A program made the translations under genes and the position numbers. A stretch of 61,183 nucleotides of DNA, counting the filler, from Dugesia japonica (Eukaryota): the NCBI GenBank assembly GCA_001938525.1. It is 6 parts of 6 records of this genome, joined end to end, with 100 filler letters (N's around TTAATTAATTAA, not from the genome) between each part and the next. Parts side by side here need not be neighbours in the genome. Positions count along the whole stretch, not along the records: positions 12,916 to 24,928 come from MQRL01647737.1; positions 25,029 to 33,365 come from MQRL01646322.1; 4 more parts are not named here. One strand, given 5' to 3'. Positions within the stretch are counted from its first letter, which is position 1. The number at the start of each line of letters is the position of its first letter. This document shows, piece by piece, positions 12,816-25,760 of this stretch. The notes under the pieces are model-generated. The model did no database searches, had not been told where the DNA came from, and saw nothing but the letters and a program-made list of their open reading frames with translations.

Positions 12816-12915
12816 NNNNNNNNNNNNNNNNNNNNNNNNNNNNNNNNNNNNNNNNNNNNTTAATTAATTAANNNNNNNNNNNNNNNNNNNNNNNNNNNNN
12901 NNNNNNNNNNNNNNN
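12816..12915. other. Artificial contig linker (44N-TTAATTAATTAA-44N); also at ~24929-25028, ~33366-33465, ~42919-43018 and ~52060-52159
   Basis: The identical six-frame-stop 12-mer lies at 12860, 24973, 33410, 42963 and 52104, each flanked by N runs. Confidence 0.95.
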
Positions 12916-13454
12916 TAAGTCTGAATAGCCGAACAAGTCAGACATCCTAATTTTCCGGAGTCGCATTTTAGCCAAGTATATTTTCTTTTCTTTTCGAAGA
13001 TCATATCTGCAGTCCAAATACTTGGCCAGTTTATTAATAGCGGTTCTTCTTCTTTTTGAAAATTTTCTGTTGATGTTGATAAAATGTCTATTTGATTTCC
13101 CCGTTTTTTAGCACTTGTACATTTTTTTGTTGCGTTTTAAATTTCTTTTCGAAGATACTGTCCAAAGTGGGTTGTTTACGTTTTTCGCTCATTTATAATT
13201 TTAAATATAAAAAATTAATTTTTATTATAGATTTTATGAAATAATATTTCAATAATTAATTGTATATATTCTTATATTTATGCTTATATAATTAAACTAA
13301 ACTAAATTTTGAAAATGGTTGACTTAAAAAATATTTAAACACTTATATCTTTATTTTAACCTTTAATATTATATATATAGTGAACAAGTAAAAGATTTTG
13401 GCTATATACACAATAACATAATCTTAACAACAGCTTAACGAGTGTAGCTGTATG

Positions 13455-13520
13455 AAATAGTCATTGACGGGATTCAAACGTACGCCCACTGGTTCGCATT
13501 GGCGCCTTAGAGCCATTGTC
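13455..13520 (-). mobile_element. Possible degenerate tRNA-derived SINE head
   Basis: Minus strand has an A-box-like TGGCTCTAAGGCG and a B-box-like GTTTGAATCCC. No clean cloverleaf. Confidence 0.3.
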
Positions 13521-14789
13521 GAAGTTTGTAGTTTTATAGTATGGTATGTAATATATCAAACACAGAACACTTGCTGTTTATTTATTTTAGAAGAGACAAA
13601 AGAAACAAAGCAAGATAAATTCTCAATTGATTAACATATTTTTTGAAATTTTCTTTCAAATTTGCAAATTTAAAATATAATTTTCAGTTGAATTGAACAA
13701 TTCCCAACTAAAAAAAGTACCGGAACGTCGTTCCGGCATGTTCCAGCCCAAATACACCACTGGGTGTAGCCAAGAATGCGAATCCGTAGACATAGTTGGA
13801 TCCCTGAAATATCTAATAGTATGAAACCTGAGAAATTAATATTAATATTTCTTGAGGAATCATTAATTTAAATATTCTAGGAGAATTCACTAAATTTATT
13901 GTTAAAAAATGTCGGGGAAATATTAAATAGTGGAATTAAATGTTAATTATGAAATAATCAGTACTTATTTGATTATAATTTAAGATTTTTATTGATATTT
14001 GATTTATTTTTGTTATTGGTTGATTAATTTTTATTATTATTATCATGGAAATTATTATTATTCGAATTTTGACTATTATTATTGATTTATTATGAATATT
14101 ATTTTTATTACTTTTTCATTAAACTAATTTATACTAATATTATTAGAAAATTAAATAAATTATTATAATACCATACATTGGATTTGATAATAGTGAGTTG
14201 ACGTTCCATATCATTTTCGCGGATCCGTGTCTAGTCAAGTATTGACGATAAGGACTAAATGTTTTTATTTCATAAAGATAGTTTTAGCAGTGTACATTCA
14301 TGACCGGATGTGAACAGTTGGAATCATTGCTACCGGAGATGCAAATACTGTAATCGAGCTTCAAAACTACACAAGCTGATCGATAAGTTCATAATTAAAC
14401 GGACTCACTTGGAAGCTAACGGTCTTGAGGGTTTGCAATTTGCGACTGGATGTGAACAGTCGTAATAATGGCTCAACTGTACTAACCTGATGAGGTAATG
14501 ATGTAATGATTTGTAAAGAAAACAAAATATTATTGAAACTAAATAAAGAAAATAATAAATAGTTCATCTCATTGAGTAAAGTTATTCAACTAAAATCATT
14601 GAAAACTGACTGAATATACTAAAAAAAATAAGAAATAATTGCCACTAATTAACTATAATCAACTTCGTTGATGAAATTTTCAATCGAAATTAAAGTTTTC
14701 TCTAAAACATAAAATTTATTAACATTTTATTAATTAAGGTCAACTAATTTTTAATATACCCGGGAGCGACACTTGTATCATTTGAGAAT

Positions 14790-15290
14790 AACTAAGTTAA
14801 ATGAAATAATTGACCAAATCACTGTTACCAAGAAAATTATTACCCAAATCATCAAAACATTACCCTTGTGAATAAATAATTGACTTTAACCATCCAATCT
14901 CTGAGCACTGTCAACAAATTTCTGAGTACTGTCAACAAATTTCTGAGCACTGTCAACCAAAATCTGGCCGCTGTGAGTAAATAATTGACCGAATCGCCCA
15001 GAAATTAGCCAACTTAACCATCCCTGAGGAAATAATTTACCGATTTGCCCTAAAATTATCCAAACTAACCATTACCAAGTAAATATTTGACTAAATTCTC
15101 TTAAAAATAACCCTTGTGAGCAAATAATTTACCAAATTTGTCTATAATGAGTAAATAATTGACCAACATTACCCAAAACACGAATATAATTGACCTATAT
15201 TCCTAAACCAAGTAAATAATTTACCAAAATTACCCAAACCGAGTAAATAATAGACTAAATCTTCCAAAAATTAACCATATTCGACCATTC
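14790..15290. repeat. Degenerate minisatellite with an AAATAATT(G/T)ACC core
   Basis: About ten recurrences of AGTAAATAATT(G/T)ACC, plus a 3 x 21-bp repeat CTGAGCACTGTCAACAAATTT at ~14900-14960. Confidence 0.65.
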
Positions 15291-15478
15291 CAATACAAAT
15301 TCGAAAAGATTGTTTACGTGATCGTGAGGGCCAATCAAAATGCAACAATTCTGAAACAGTTGAAATACCATTATTTGTAAAACCAGTCGACGAGGGTGTG
15401 CTCCAGTGCGCTACTCTATCTATTCCAGTAACATCGCGATTTCAAATAAGGCTCAGTTATCTCAGCCGTCTAGATATG

Positions 15479-15518
<40 letters not shown>

Positions 15519-16279
15519 CAACGACGGATCCAGGAATTTTTCATGGGGGGCGATAAAAAAATGATTACGCCATTTATTATATAATCGACCATTAATTAAT
15601 TTTTTTGTTTAAATAAAGTGAAATTAATGATTTTTGGTAGCTTAAATGACGTTTATTTGATATAAATAAGCATATAATTTGATTTGAAGCTTGATTGTTA
15701 TATATACTATGACAATTTTCTTTCATTCGTTTCCTTTGATTTTCTATGAAGGAAAATTTTCTATAATACACTAAAGTTTATTTTACTTGAAAATGAAGTT
15801 GGTTTACAAGTTTTCCAAAGTGCAATTTTTTTAGAAAATTATTTGATTCAAAATATATAATTGATGAAGAAATAATTTAAACTGGGTTGCAACCTTATAA
15901 TACATTTTTGCAAATATTCGGTAAATATTATAATTGACAGTAAATAGCTCTGTATAATAAATTCAGATCGTTATTTTAAAAGATCGTTATTTCAGATAGT
16001 TATTTTTAAAGATAAACTCGTATATTTGGGGAAGTAAGTTAATTTTTTAACCTTTATAAAAAATTTAAAAAACACAAAAATAATTGTTATTGTTAAATAA
16101 TTTTATTGTTAATATAATTATAAATAATTTATTGTTAAACACAAAAATAATTTCGTTTTCGTAACTATTATATTATAACAATAAACATGCTTGAATGAAA
16201 AAAAATAATACCATTAACAATAATTTTTTTTGAAATTCAGATAATTATAATTCTTTCACATCCCATTCGTTAAATTCAA

Positions 16280-16350
16280 TTTTATTGGTTGTAAAATATA
16301 TAGTTCTATTTGATTGGATACAAAGGCAATTTTCGCTTCTTATATAATAA
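16280..16350 (+). promoter_or_regulatory. Putative Rx core promoter (reverse CCAAT boxes and TATA-like element)
   Basis: ATTGG at ~16284 and ~16313, and TATATAA at ~16341, about 45 bp upstream of the ATG at 16387. Weak evidence in such AT-rich DNA. Confidence 0.3.
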
Positions 16351-16386
16351 GCTCATTTTGAAAATTAATTAAACAGATTATTCCTT

Positions 16387-16758
16387 ATGAAATATAGCAT
16401 TGATTTTATATTAAAGGATCAAGGTTACTTTTAATTAAGATTTATATATCTTTAGTTTTCAATAGAAATATTGACTAATGAAAATAGTTCGGTGAAACTT
16501 TTGAATCTTTCAGTAAAATCAAAAATAAATACTGAAATTTCCACAGGCTCAGATTATCATTTAACACCTACAAATTATAAATTTCCCACAAGTTCGAAAC
16601 AAAATTCTTCTGTTAAAAAGCATCGTAGGAACAGGACTACATTTACAACCTATCAGTTACATGAACTGGAAAAAGCTTTTGATAAAAGTCATTACCCAGA
16701 TGTATACAGCCGAGAGGAATTAGCTATGAAAATTACACTTCCAGAAGTTAGAGTTCAG
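16387..16758 (+). CDS. rx: Retinal homeobox (Rx/Rax) PRD-class gene, exons 1-2: join(16387..16423,16466..16758); 3' exon not found
   Basis: Exon 1 [12 protein letters not shown] resembles an octapeptide/eh1 motif. A 42-nt GT-AG intron restores frame. The homeodomain [48 protein letters not shown] is Rx-diagnostic and is followed by a GTAAAT donor at the conserved PRD-class intron position (codon 46/47). Confidence 0.9.
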
Positions 16759-17160
16759 GTAAATGTTTTATGTTTAAATTTTAAAATTCAGAAAAGTTTT
16801 ATTTTAATATTCTAATATTCTTCTAAAACGAATAAAAACTAAACAGTTTCTTGTGTCTTTGACTTGAAGAAATCATAACGTAAATATTAATAAATAATAT
16901 AAAAATAAGTAAGATTTATTATAAATTTATACAAAATGATTGAAGTACGTCTTAAGAAAATAAAATTATATTGTTAAATAATAACTGAATTTTTGATAAA
17001 AAAATTTTATTTAAAATTTTTTAAAGGAAAAATCAAAATTGCCGTTCTTCTATTTTCATAGATTGTTCAATATTTCGGCTATGCCTTTTTCAGCAATTAT
17101 ATAATAATATATTGTTTAATATTCATTGAAAATTTGAAAATAAGGTATTTAATGAAAATG

Positions 17161-17223
<63 letters not shown>

Positions 17224-17273
17224 NNNNNNNNNNNNNNNNNNNNNNNNNNNNNNNNNNNNNNNNNNNNNNNNNN

Positions 17274-17342
<69 letters not shown>

Positions 17343-17839
17343 CTTATTACTTCAAAATTTTCATTAACTTTTTATTCACTATCACAATTGTTTAATTAAA
17401 TTTAAAAAGATAAAGTTAAACAAATTATTCATATCAAAGAATATAAAATTTATATTTAAAAATATCGATTTTCTTTATAACCAAAAAAATACACACGATA
17501 TTTTCTAATAATGGACATTTCAATAATCTTTCAAAATAATTTTCCAATTAATTTTTAATATTTTTAAAAAATCGGTAATAGTTTTCTTACTCTAAATATT
17601 TCGAAACATAATTTTAAAGTTATTTTTATTCATAATAATTTTATATATTAATAATACAATGTATAACAATTATTTAAACAAAGTTAAATTTTCAAAACAA
17701 ACTTTCGACAAAAAATATCTTCTATTTTTACAAATCTCTAATATACATTTTTAAATATAAAATATTCTAAATAATTTTTAAAAATATTTCAACAATTAAT
17801 TTTAATATAGTACTATATAATATATAAAAAATTATTTAA

Positions 17840-20050
17840 ATTGAAGAAATCTCTCTATCCATGAATTACCTCTTTCAATTTTTAAAATTTTTTTCAATAG
17901 TTCTTTCAATCATCTTGCCTTCTGAACTTTTCAGTAGATATCACCTCTTATGAAACTGAATATCTTTCTTTGTCTTTTGATCTGTTTTCTACTTTGATTA
18001 GCACCTTGTCTTCAACTTGAAAATGTCTTTTGTTGCTGTTAACTCTATATTCCTTCATATTCGAATTCTCTTTTTATCTGCAAATCTTCTTCAATCTAGT
18101 ATCTTACATCGGTCCAAAAGTGCTACAAATTTTTGCCAAACGTTCTTCCTTCCCAATTTGCATTCCAAATTTTGCTTCTATATTGCACATGTAATAACTG
18201 TTTCTTTCTTTTTCTTCATCATCTTCTATTAGCACCAGACTAAATTCAAAACTGGATAATGAATCCATTCCTCCTATTACCTGCTTGACCACCACAAAAG
18301 TAATCATTTTACTCTTTTCTTCAATCCGACCTCAGTACATACTGTCCTCACTCTCTCAAACACACTATTATTCTTACAACGCAATTTATCTTCACTTTTT
18401 ATCAAATTAACTACTTCCAACTTGTTGAAACATTTCAAACTCATCACATTTATACGTGGAACCGTATCTAATAACCCGTTAAATTCAAAACCTCACAACT
18501 TTCGATAAATTGTATTTATTATTACAAGTGTTTTTAATTAAGATTAAAATTATGTCAAGAATAATTCATAGTATTCAATAAAATATTCTGAGAAAATTTT
18601 CAATAAAATAATTTTAAAATATCGATTTGTAAAATTTTTATGAAATATTCTACTTTAAATAATAATTTCATAAAATAACTTAAAAATATCGATTTAATTT
18701 TATGAAATAATTTATTTTGCATATTTTTTAAAAATAAAGTTTAATATTATATATATAAAAATGAAAGAAAGATTTCTCAGATACTTAAATCTATGAATGA
18801 TTCTTGACACCATAACCTTGAATAAATATGAACACGTCCAGTCTCTCTTGAAACTTGTTATATGATATCAGAATTTTCTGTGCAGCCTTCATAGCTTGCA
18901 ATATTTCAATTTTATCCTCACCCAAAAACTTTTCTCTCTTCATAAACCGATAAACTTTCTCTCCTACCTTATCAATATTCTCCCATTTCTCTGATCCTTG
19001 ATAATATACTACTGGTTTTCCTATTAATACACGGCTCCGTCCAACTCATCTGCTGGTGGAACTCGAATATTTGGGTATGGTCTCACCACCTCCTCCTCCA
19101 ACATCTCTTTATTCACCACTTGGATATTTTCTTTATCTAACTCATTGAACTGTTTATAATAACCACTTTGTTCGAATTTATTACTTCGGTGCTTCTTTTC
19201 CTTGTAAATAAAATNTCCTTCTTTGTTTGCACTCCGTTACTTATAACCTCTATCATTCATTACTGGACAACTTCTTCTAATGTGATCCCATTGTCCACAT
19301 TCAAAACATCTTAGGGCAATATCTACTTATATGCCCCTTTTGTCCAACATCCAATCATCTTTATTTTTAGACAATCCTCCATCCAATGACCTAGTTCATG
19401 GCACAACAAATATTGCAAACTCTTTTTACTCGCACTTTGTATCTCCAATCCATATCTCGCAAAATTATTTACGTTTTGAATCTTCTCACCTGTCACTTTT
19501 GCATTACTTCGAACTGTATTATTGTATTCCTAACAATTTTCTATTTAATCTAATAATTTTAACAAGTCCTTGATATTTTCTATCTTTTCGAGTTTGCGTA
19601 AAACCATTTCTTCTTTAGCTCTACTATTATCTGAGCAGTAAACTAACATTTTGGTCGTCAGCTTTTCTTTAGAAAACTCCTTATTCATAAATAATTTATG
19701 AACTAAATCTTCGACTTTCTTACAATACGTCTTAATATCATCTTTAACTCCTTTATACTACAACAAATTTTGCTTATCTATTATCACACTTTTTTACTAT
19801 CCAAAGATGACCGTAAACTATATCGGAATCCTTACTTTTTAACCGTTTTAAAGTATTCTTCCAGCAAATCTTCTTCAATCATACACGATAATAATATTTC
19901 TTGTTCTTTTCGCTGAATAATACCTTTAACTTCAAACAACCTTTCACGTTTCCTAATAAATTTCTAATTCAGTAAATCGCCGGAAGTAACCGATCAGTAA
20001 TAGCATCGGTATTTACGGCTGTCAATATATTAGGATCACAATGACCACTA
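17840..20050 (-). pseudogene. Heavily decayed gypsy-like gag/protease remnants
   Basis: Zinc knuckle CFECGQWDHIRRSCP (~19262-19310), a protease-like LDT...INVMS segment (~18440-18475), and many stops. Confidence 0.55.
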
Positions 20051-21742
20051 TAATTGAATAAATCTGAAAGCATGTTTTTAAAAAAAATTATTTCTATATC
20101 TTTTATCTCTACTTATAAAAAGTTTACAATACAAATTAGAGATTTTTATTTCAAATTATAAAGAAGCTAATCTTATTAATTTATAAAAATACTCTACTAA
20201 ACAATTAAAAAATAGAATATTCAAACAAAAACACAAAAATGTCCAAAAGTTCTAATAAGGAATTTGTAAGAAATGACTTCACTTTTCTTTTATTTCCAAA
20301 GGGTTTTCAGATTCCCTAAAATCCATAACTATGATAGGATTAAATTTGGTTACTTATGTAATATTTTCAAGAAGTTATTCGTTAAATATAGAAAGGAAGT
20401 TTCTTAGGACAAATTCTTAGATTAGAAAAGTAAGAATATGTAATGGCTTGTTTCTTATTAAGAATTCTATTGCTAATCTACAAAATTTTAAACATTGAAT
20501 ATATTCCAAATTTACCAGAGAATGAGATTAAAAATTCATCGGTTAATTTCATTCATCTCATTTAACTTTTTACTATGATTGGTCATTTTTAATTCCATTA
20601 ACTAATTCCAGTTATGAATTGTTTATTCCGTTATAACTTTAACTACGAATGCTTGCGAAATTATTCCACGTCTTTTATTTGTCATAATCATGCTTTTATT
20701 AGTTAATTTTACTAACTAAACTACATTTTTACAATTTCTGATACTTTATTGATGTTTTTAACTTGTTTCTTGTGTCTAACCGTTTATCTTTTAATTATTT
20801 TTCATTAACGTGATTTATCTCATGGTTTTGCTTATAAACAAACTGGGGAAGTTTATCTCCACAGACTATTCATTTGAATTAATGTAATATGTCGTTAATT
20901 GTATTTTACTTATTTGCAAATTAATTCATTTTTAACGATAATTTTACCGTTATTTTTTTAACTATATATTTTACAATGACAAAATTTATACTAATATTTC
21001 TATTTTGACTTTTATATTTTATTTTAATTTTAACCAGATAATCTAATAATTACACTGCCGGGTACAAATTTTTTCTTAGTTCACATAAGCATTTTGTTAT
21101 GCATCTTGACACGCTGATCACAAAAATGTATACTTTTAATAGTCTATCACGTCTGATTTTTGAGATAATCATGGTATGTTTCATCTTGGAAAAAAGTTTT
21201 AAGTTAAAATACCCCGCACAATGTTAATAAATAAAATTTCGACTTCATTAAATAAAAAGCTTCAATCAATATGTTGTTTTTTCTTGTTTTGGATTTTTGC
21301 TATTAATAATTTGAATTTTCAACAATTGTTTTCTTTGGAAATTTATTTTGAGAAGAAAATTTGAATTATTAATAACAAAGCCAAAACAAAATAAAAACAC
21401 ATTACTCGCAAGATGAGGATAGAGAGTATTGGACATGCCAACAACGAGGTCATCTTTGTAAAGATTGTCCACAGTAGGATCAAAGAGACACAAGAGAAAA
21501 GAATGTAATAAAGACAGATTTTTGATGTGGAAGAACCGGGTACTGTTTTCCAAAAAAGAGAAGTCTTAAGAGGATAATATTGAAGAGTGCTTAGAGTATT
21601 GTCAGGTGGTCAACAGGTAGAAATATGTTTCTATAAAATGCAGTGCAGATNAATTGTAACAAAATTATTAGGGGAGTAGAGATGGAATTTTTTTGGTTGT
21701 GAGAGTTTGTATTAATGGCATTAATTAAGCATGCTTGGAGAA

Positions 21743-23107
21743 AGTTAAATTTTGTAATTCAAAAGTAGAAATTTTCAAAGTTTATTAACATGTAATAAAT
21801 CAATAATATTTAAACAAGTATGTTTAAATGTTATATCTAACATCCCTCCTTCTTAATCTTTTGAACATCTTGATACTTCGTGGTTTAGGGATTTCAGAAT
21901 AATTTTAAAAGTACTTGATATGGGCTTAGAAATTTTAATATTTTAAAAGGACCTTCATATCTGTATTCATTTTTCTTTAAGTTATGAGGTTCTACCTTTA
22001 CTAGAACTTCTTCCCCTTCGACAAAATTCCGATGTACTTATTTATCTGATTCATATTCATTTAATTTCAGTTTTTTTTATTTTTGAAAGGACAGTTTATT
22101 CTTCTATGGTTTGTTTCTCCACAGCAAAAGCAAGCACCATGTTGTAGGAATTCTACTCTTGGAGGAGCTTTATCATGACATCTATTATAAATTTTTGTTG
22201 CTACATATTTCAGAGAATGCTTTGGAAATTCTCTTCTTTGTTCTTCATTTATATCTTTTAATTGTTGCATATTATTACCATTCTTTGAATCGTTTGCCNN
22301 NNNNNNNNNNNNNNNNNNNNNNNNNNNNNNNNNNNNNNNNNNNNNNNNNNNNNNNNNNNNNNNNNNNNNNNNNNNNNNNNNNNNNNNNNNNNNNNNNNNN
22401 NNNNNNNNNNNNNNNNNNNNNNNNNNNNNNNNNNNNNNNNNNNNNNNNNNNNNNNNNNNNNNNNNNNNNNNNNNNNNNNNNNNNNNNNNNNNNNNNNNNN
22501 NNNNNNNNNNNNNNNNNNNNNNNNNNNNNNNNNNNNNNNNNNNNNNNNCCATTCAGAATAAAAACTCTTGATATTTCTTCTGGGGATCAAATATATCGTG
22601 AACAATCTTTTTTACTCTTATTTCGAAATTCTGATATTTGTCATAAATTCTTTGTTTAACTGATGGTAGATCTGTAATTTTGTCAACCAAAAATTCATCA
22701 TTAATAAATATTAATCGAAACCAACTTTTGCACTTTTCATTTAAATCAAAATCCTCGTTTGTGTTCGTTTCTTGCCACAATTCCTTGGCATCGCCTCGTA
22801 ATAGCATATCGAATGCAAAAGAAATCTTCATTTGATTAAATATGGCAAATTCCTTAGTGGATGGCATCCGATCTTCTGCAATATCTGAAGAACCATAAAT
22901 AATGTAGGCTTTAGAATCAGCATTTCTTGCATAGCTTGTGGAAGAATTTTAAAAATCTTTTGTCGCTCTTCTTTCCTTTGCCGAGTAATGGCAGTAACTG
23001 CTACATGGTAGCCATTTAAAATTTGTAATTCAAGTAGACTTTTTCAAAGTTTATTAACATATAATAAATCAATAATATTTAAATATGTTTAAATATTATA
23101 TCTAAAA
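21743..23107 (-). mobile_element. Small non-autonomous LTR element (gag plus integrase C-terminal scrap) with ~93-100-bp LTRs
   Basis: Direct repeats at ~21743-21842 and ~23015-23107 (TTTGTAATTCAA..GTAGA..TTTTCAAAGTTTATTAACAT.TAATAAATCAATAATATTTAAA...TATATCTAA). Minus strand has PBS TGGCTACC and PPT AAGAAGGAGGGA. Gag carries CFCCGETNHRRINCP, followed by the integrase-tail motif VKVEPH...YEGPF. No RT. Confidence 0.85.
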
Positions 23108-23377
23108 GAAAACTAGCCGGAAATAAAAGTAGAATCTACTGCGTTAGAGTTTCATTGTGTATTGAAATCAAACAAAAGAAAAGATACTATTGGAGGAGAG
23201 ATTGTATGGAAGAATGGATAAGAAATTGAATTTATTGTAGCAGAAAATTATTTTTTATTGGAATCTAGTAAATCGATTGATTATATCTACAATAATTTTA
23301 TTATACATATAAATATGTACTCTCTTTTTGTAAAATTATGAGTCCAGAATTAGCAATATATTTTTTCTGTTTAACTG

Positions 23378-23900
23378 CTATTTCGTTTGACTTGGAACTT
23401 CGATCATTTTTAACTTATTAGAATTAATTAAATTTGTAATCAATTTCAAAGGGTCATTAAAAATTTGACAAAACCTTGAACATACAGTTACAGATTTTCT
23501 ATGATAAAGATAATTTTCATGTGTTTGCAATTCACCTTCCTTTTCTAATAATTTTGCGAACTTTGTCAAATGTTTTGATACAAAGATATCTACTTTAATT
23601 TTTCTATTAGAAACACAAAAATCAGCAAATAGTACACAATATTTGCAGAAGAGACCTTTATAAATATCGGAATATACGGGCCATTCGTGATTTAAAAGGT
23701 GCTTGTTGGATATTCCTCTTTTCTTCAATGTTACACTTTTGGTAAAAAGAAAACGGAAATTAAAAATTTGAAGGTGGCTGTCAAGAATTTTTATTGATAT
23801 TGTGTTTGGTGATGTCATCTAGTTCACCCTTTTTATTGATTAAATGACTAATGTCCATTGGATAACAGGACGACGATGATGTCGATAACGATGACAATGG
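23378..23900 (-). pseudogene. hAT-family (ZMYM1/PRKRIR-like) transposase N-terminal fragment
   Basis: TTF-type Zn-finger motif 'W.VYS....GLFCKYCVLF...LQTHE...YH', truncated. Confidence 0.75.
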
Positions 23901-25469
23901 AAATGGACACAGTGATGGTGGGAAAGTAGATGTTTCTTAAAATAAAAGTGATTGTACTGATTTTATATTTTCTAAGTCTGTTTTTTGAAAAATTGTAAAG
24001 ATCGTGTTTGCACTAATCGTTTCATTTCTAAAAAGATACAGAATTCTGAAATATTTATACTTAATAAATTGCTCATCTTTTAAAATTATTCTTAATGCTT
24101 TAAATTAATTTATTTAAACGATTTCTATTTAAGGTTAATTTTTTTTTTAATTTATCAATTTTAGTATTTAATATTTTTACAATTATTTTTATCATATTCA
24201 TTCCGATTATTAGATATAAAATTGTTTTTAATCATTTCTTCATTACTTTCTCATTATATTATACATAATTAAGGCTCTATTTTCAGTTTTAAAATAAAAA
24301 ACACGAGTATAATAAAGGAATTATTAACAATACATTTTCAAAATTTAGTTTTGCTGAGTAATAAAATTTTCTAATTTAAGGAAAATTTTAGAAAAACAGT
24401 ATAATTAATAATTTTTTACTTAAAAAAATATTGACATTTAAAAATTTAGGACATTAATAATATTTAAGTGTTTAAAATCTAGGTTTACTTTTAATAATAA
24501 CTGAATTTTTTATCATAAATCTCAATAACATAAAATATTTTGAGGCTATACTACATACTACTACATTTTGTAATCAAGTTTTAAAATATTTCTTACTCAT
24601 TACTGACTTAAATATAAAGTATAAATTCTTTAATGAATTCAAACTTAATGTAAATATTTCTTTTAAGAGGTAACTCAAAACAAATAGTAGAATAAAATGT
24701 TTTATAGTTCAAACTAATCTAATCATGTACGACATTAGTAATGTGAACAATTGGAGTTTTTTTAAAAAGAACATTAATTGTCTCATTGTTAATTTATTCT
24801 TTGATCTTAAAAAGTTAGTTTTCTTAGATCAATATTTTCTCTAATGCATGTAAATTACTTTTCATTTTCTTTTACAGTCAAACAATAAATTAAAATAATT
24901 TTTAATTAAATTAACAATATATATATATNNNNNNNNNNNNNNNNNNNNNNNNNNNNNNNNNNNNNNNNNNNNTTAATTAATTAANNNNNNNNNNNNNNNN
25001 NNNNNNNNNNNNNNNNNNNNNNNNNNNNATATTTTCTTGTTAATTAAAACATAAAAAATTAATTTGAGGAATTTTATAATGCTTAATGCTCAGCGCTTTT
25101 AAATTTTGAATAAAAAATAAATAATGTGTGATTTTCTTTCATGTTAATTAAAACAGAAAATTTAATTTGAGGTCAAATGAAGTGTGAAATTTCACACTTA
25201 AGGTCATTGTTTATTTTAATTAACACCTTGAGTATCAATGTCAATTGTTTACATTAAGGTGTGAAAATTGAACTCAAAAGTGTGAAAATTCACACCTATT
25301 TTTGTTTAAACAAAGAGGCGTGAACGGTGATTGCGTCACTTCCGAGCGTGCCTCACCTTAACCACCACTTTTAATAGGTACAAATATATTAAGAAACTGA
25401 CATAAATTTATTATACAATGCTTTTAATAATTTAATTTAAATTTCTTTGCATTAGAGTGCTGTGTATAG

Positions 25470-25760
25470 AAATAATTTTGAATAGAGATATGAAGTTGCT
25501 AAAAATAATCTACAAGCATTATTGGCTGAACTCAATTGTACCTTATATCGTCGTCCAGTATGGACATGTCTTCAAGGAATCTTTCACCATGTTCATCACT
25601 GCCATTTCCAAGATTTACGAGAAAGACATCTAAATGTGAGTCTAGTAAATGAATTTTGAAAGACATGTTGTAACCAAGTTTTTGGAACGACCGAATACAC
25701 TCCTGGACCACATCTTTGTAATTTGCGCATTTATAGTTTACGAAAAAATTTGCAACAATG
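25470..25760 (-). pseudogene. DNA-transposase C-terminal remnant
   Basis: 'KLGYNMSFKIHLLDSHLDVF' resembles the widespread invertebrate LGxNMSxKIHFLHSHLDFF transposase motif. Frameshifted. Confidence 0.5.

Noticed and set aside
17134-17367. Poly-Ile/Asn/Tyr/Leu ORFs (also 41147-41542, 42771-42974, 50018-50302, 50419-50703)
   Set aside because: They are translations of (AAT)n microsatellites and N gaps.
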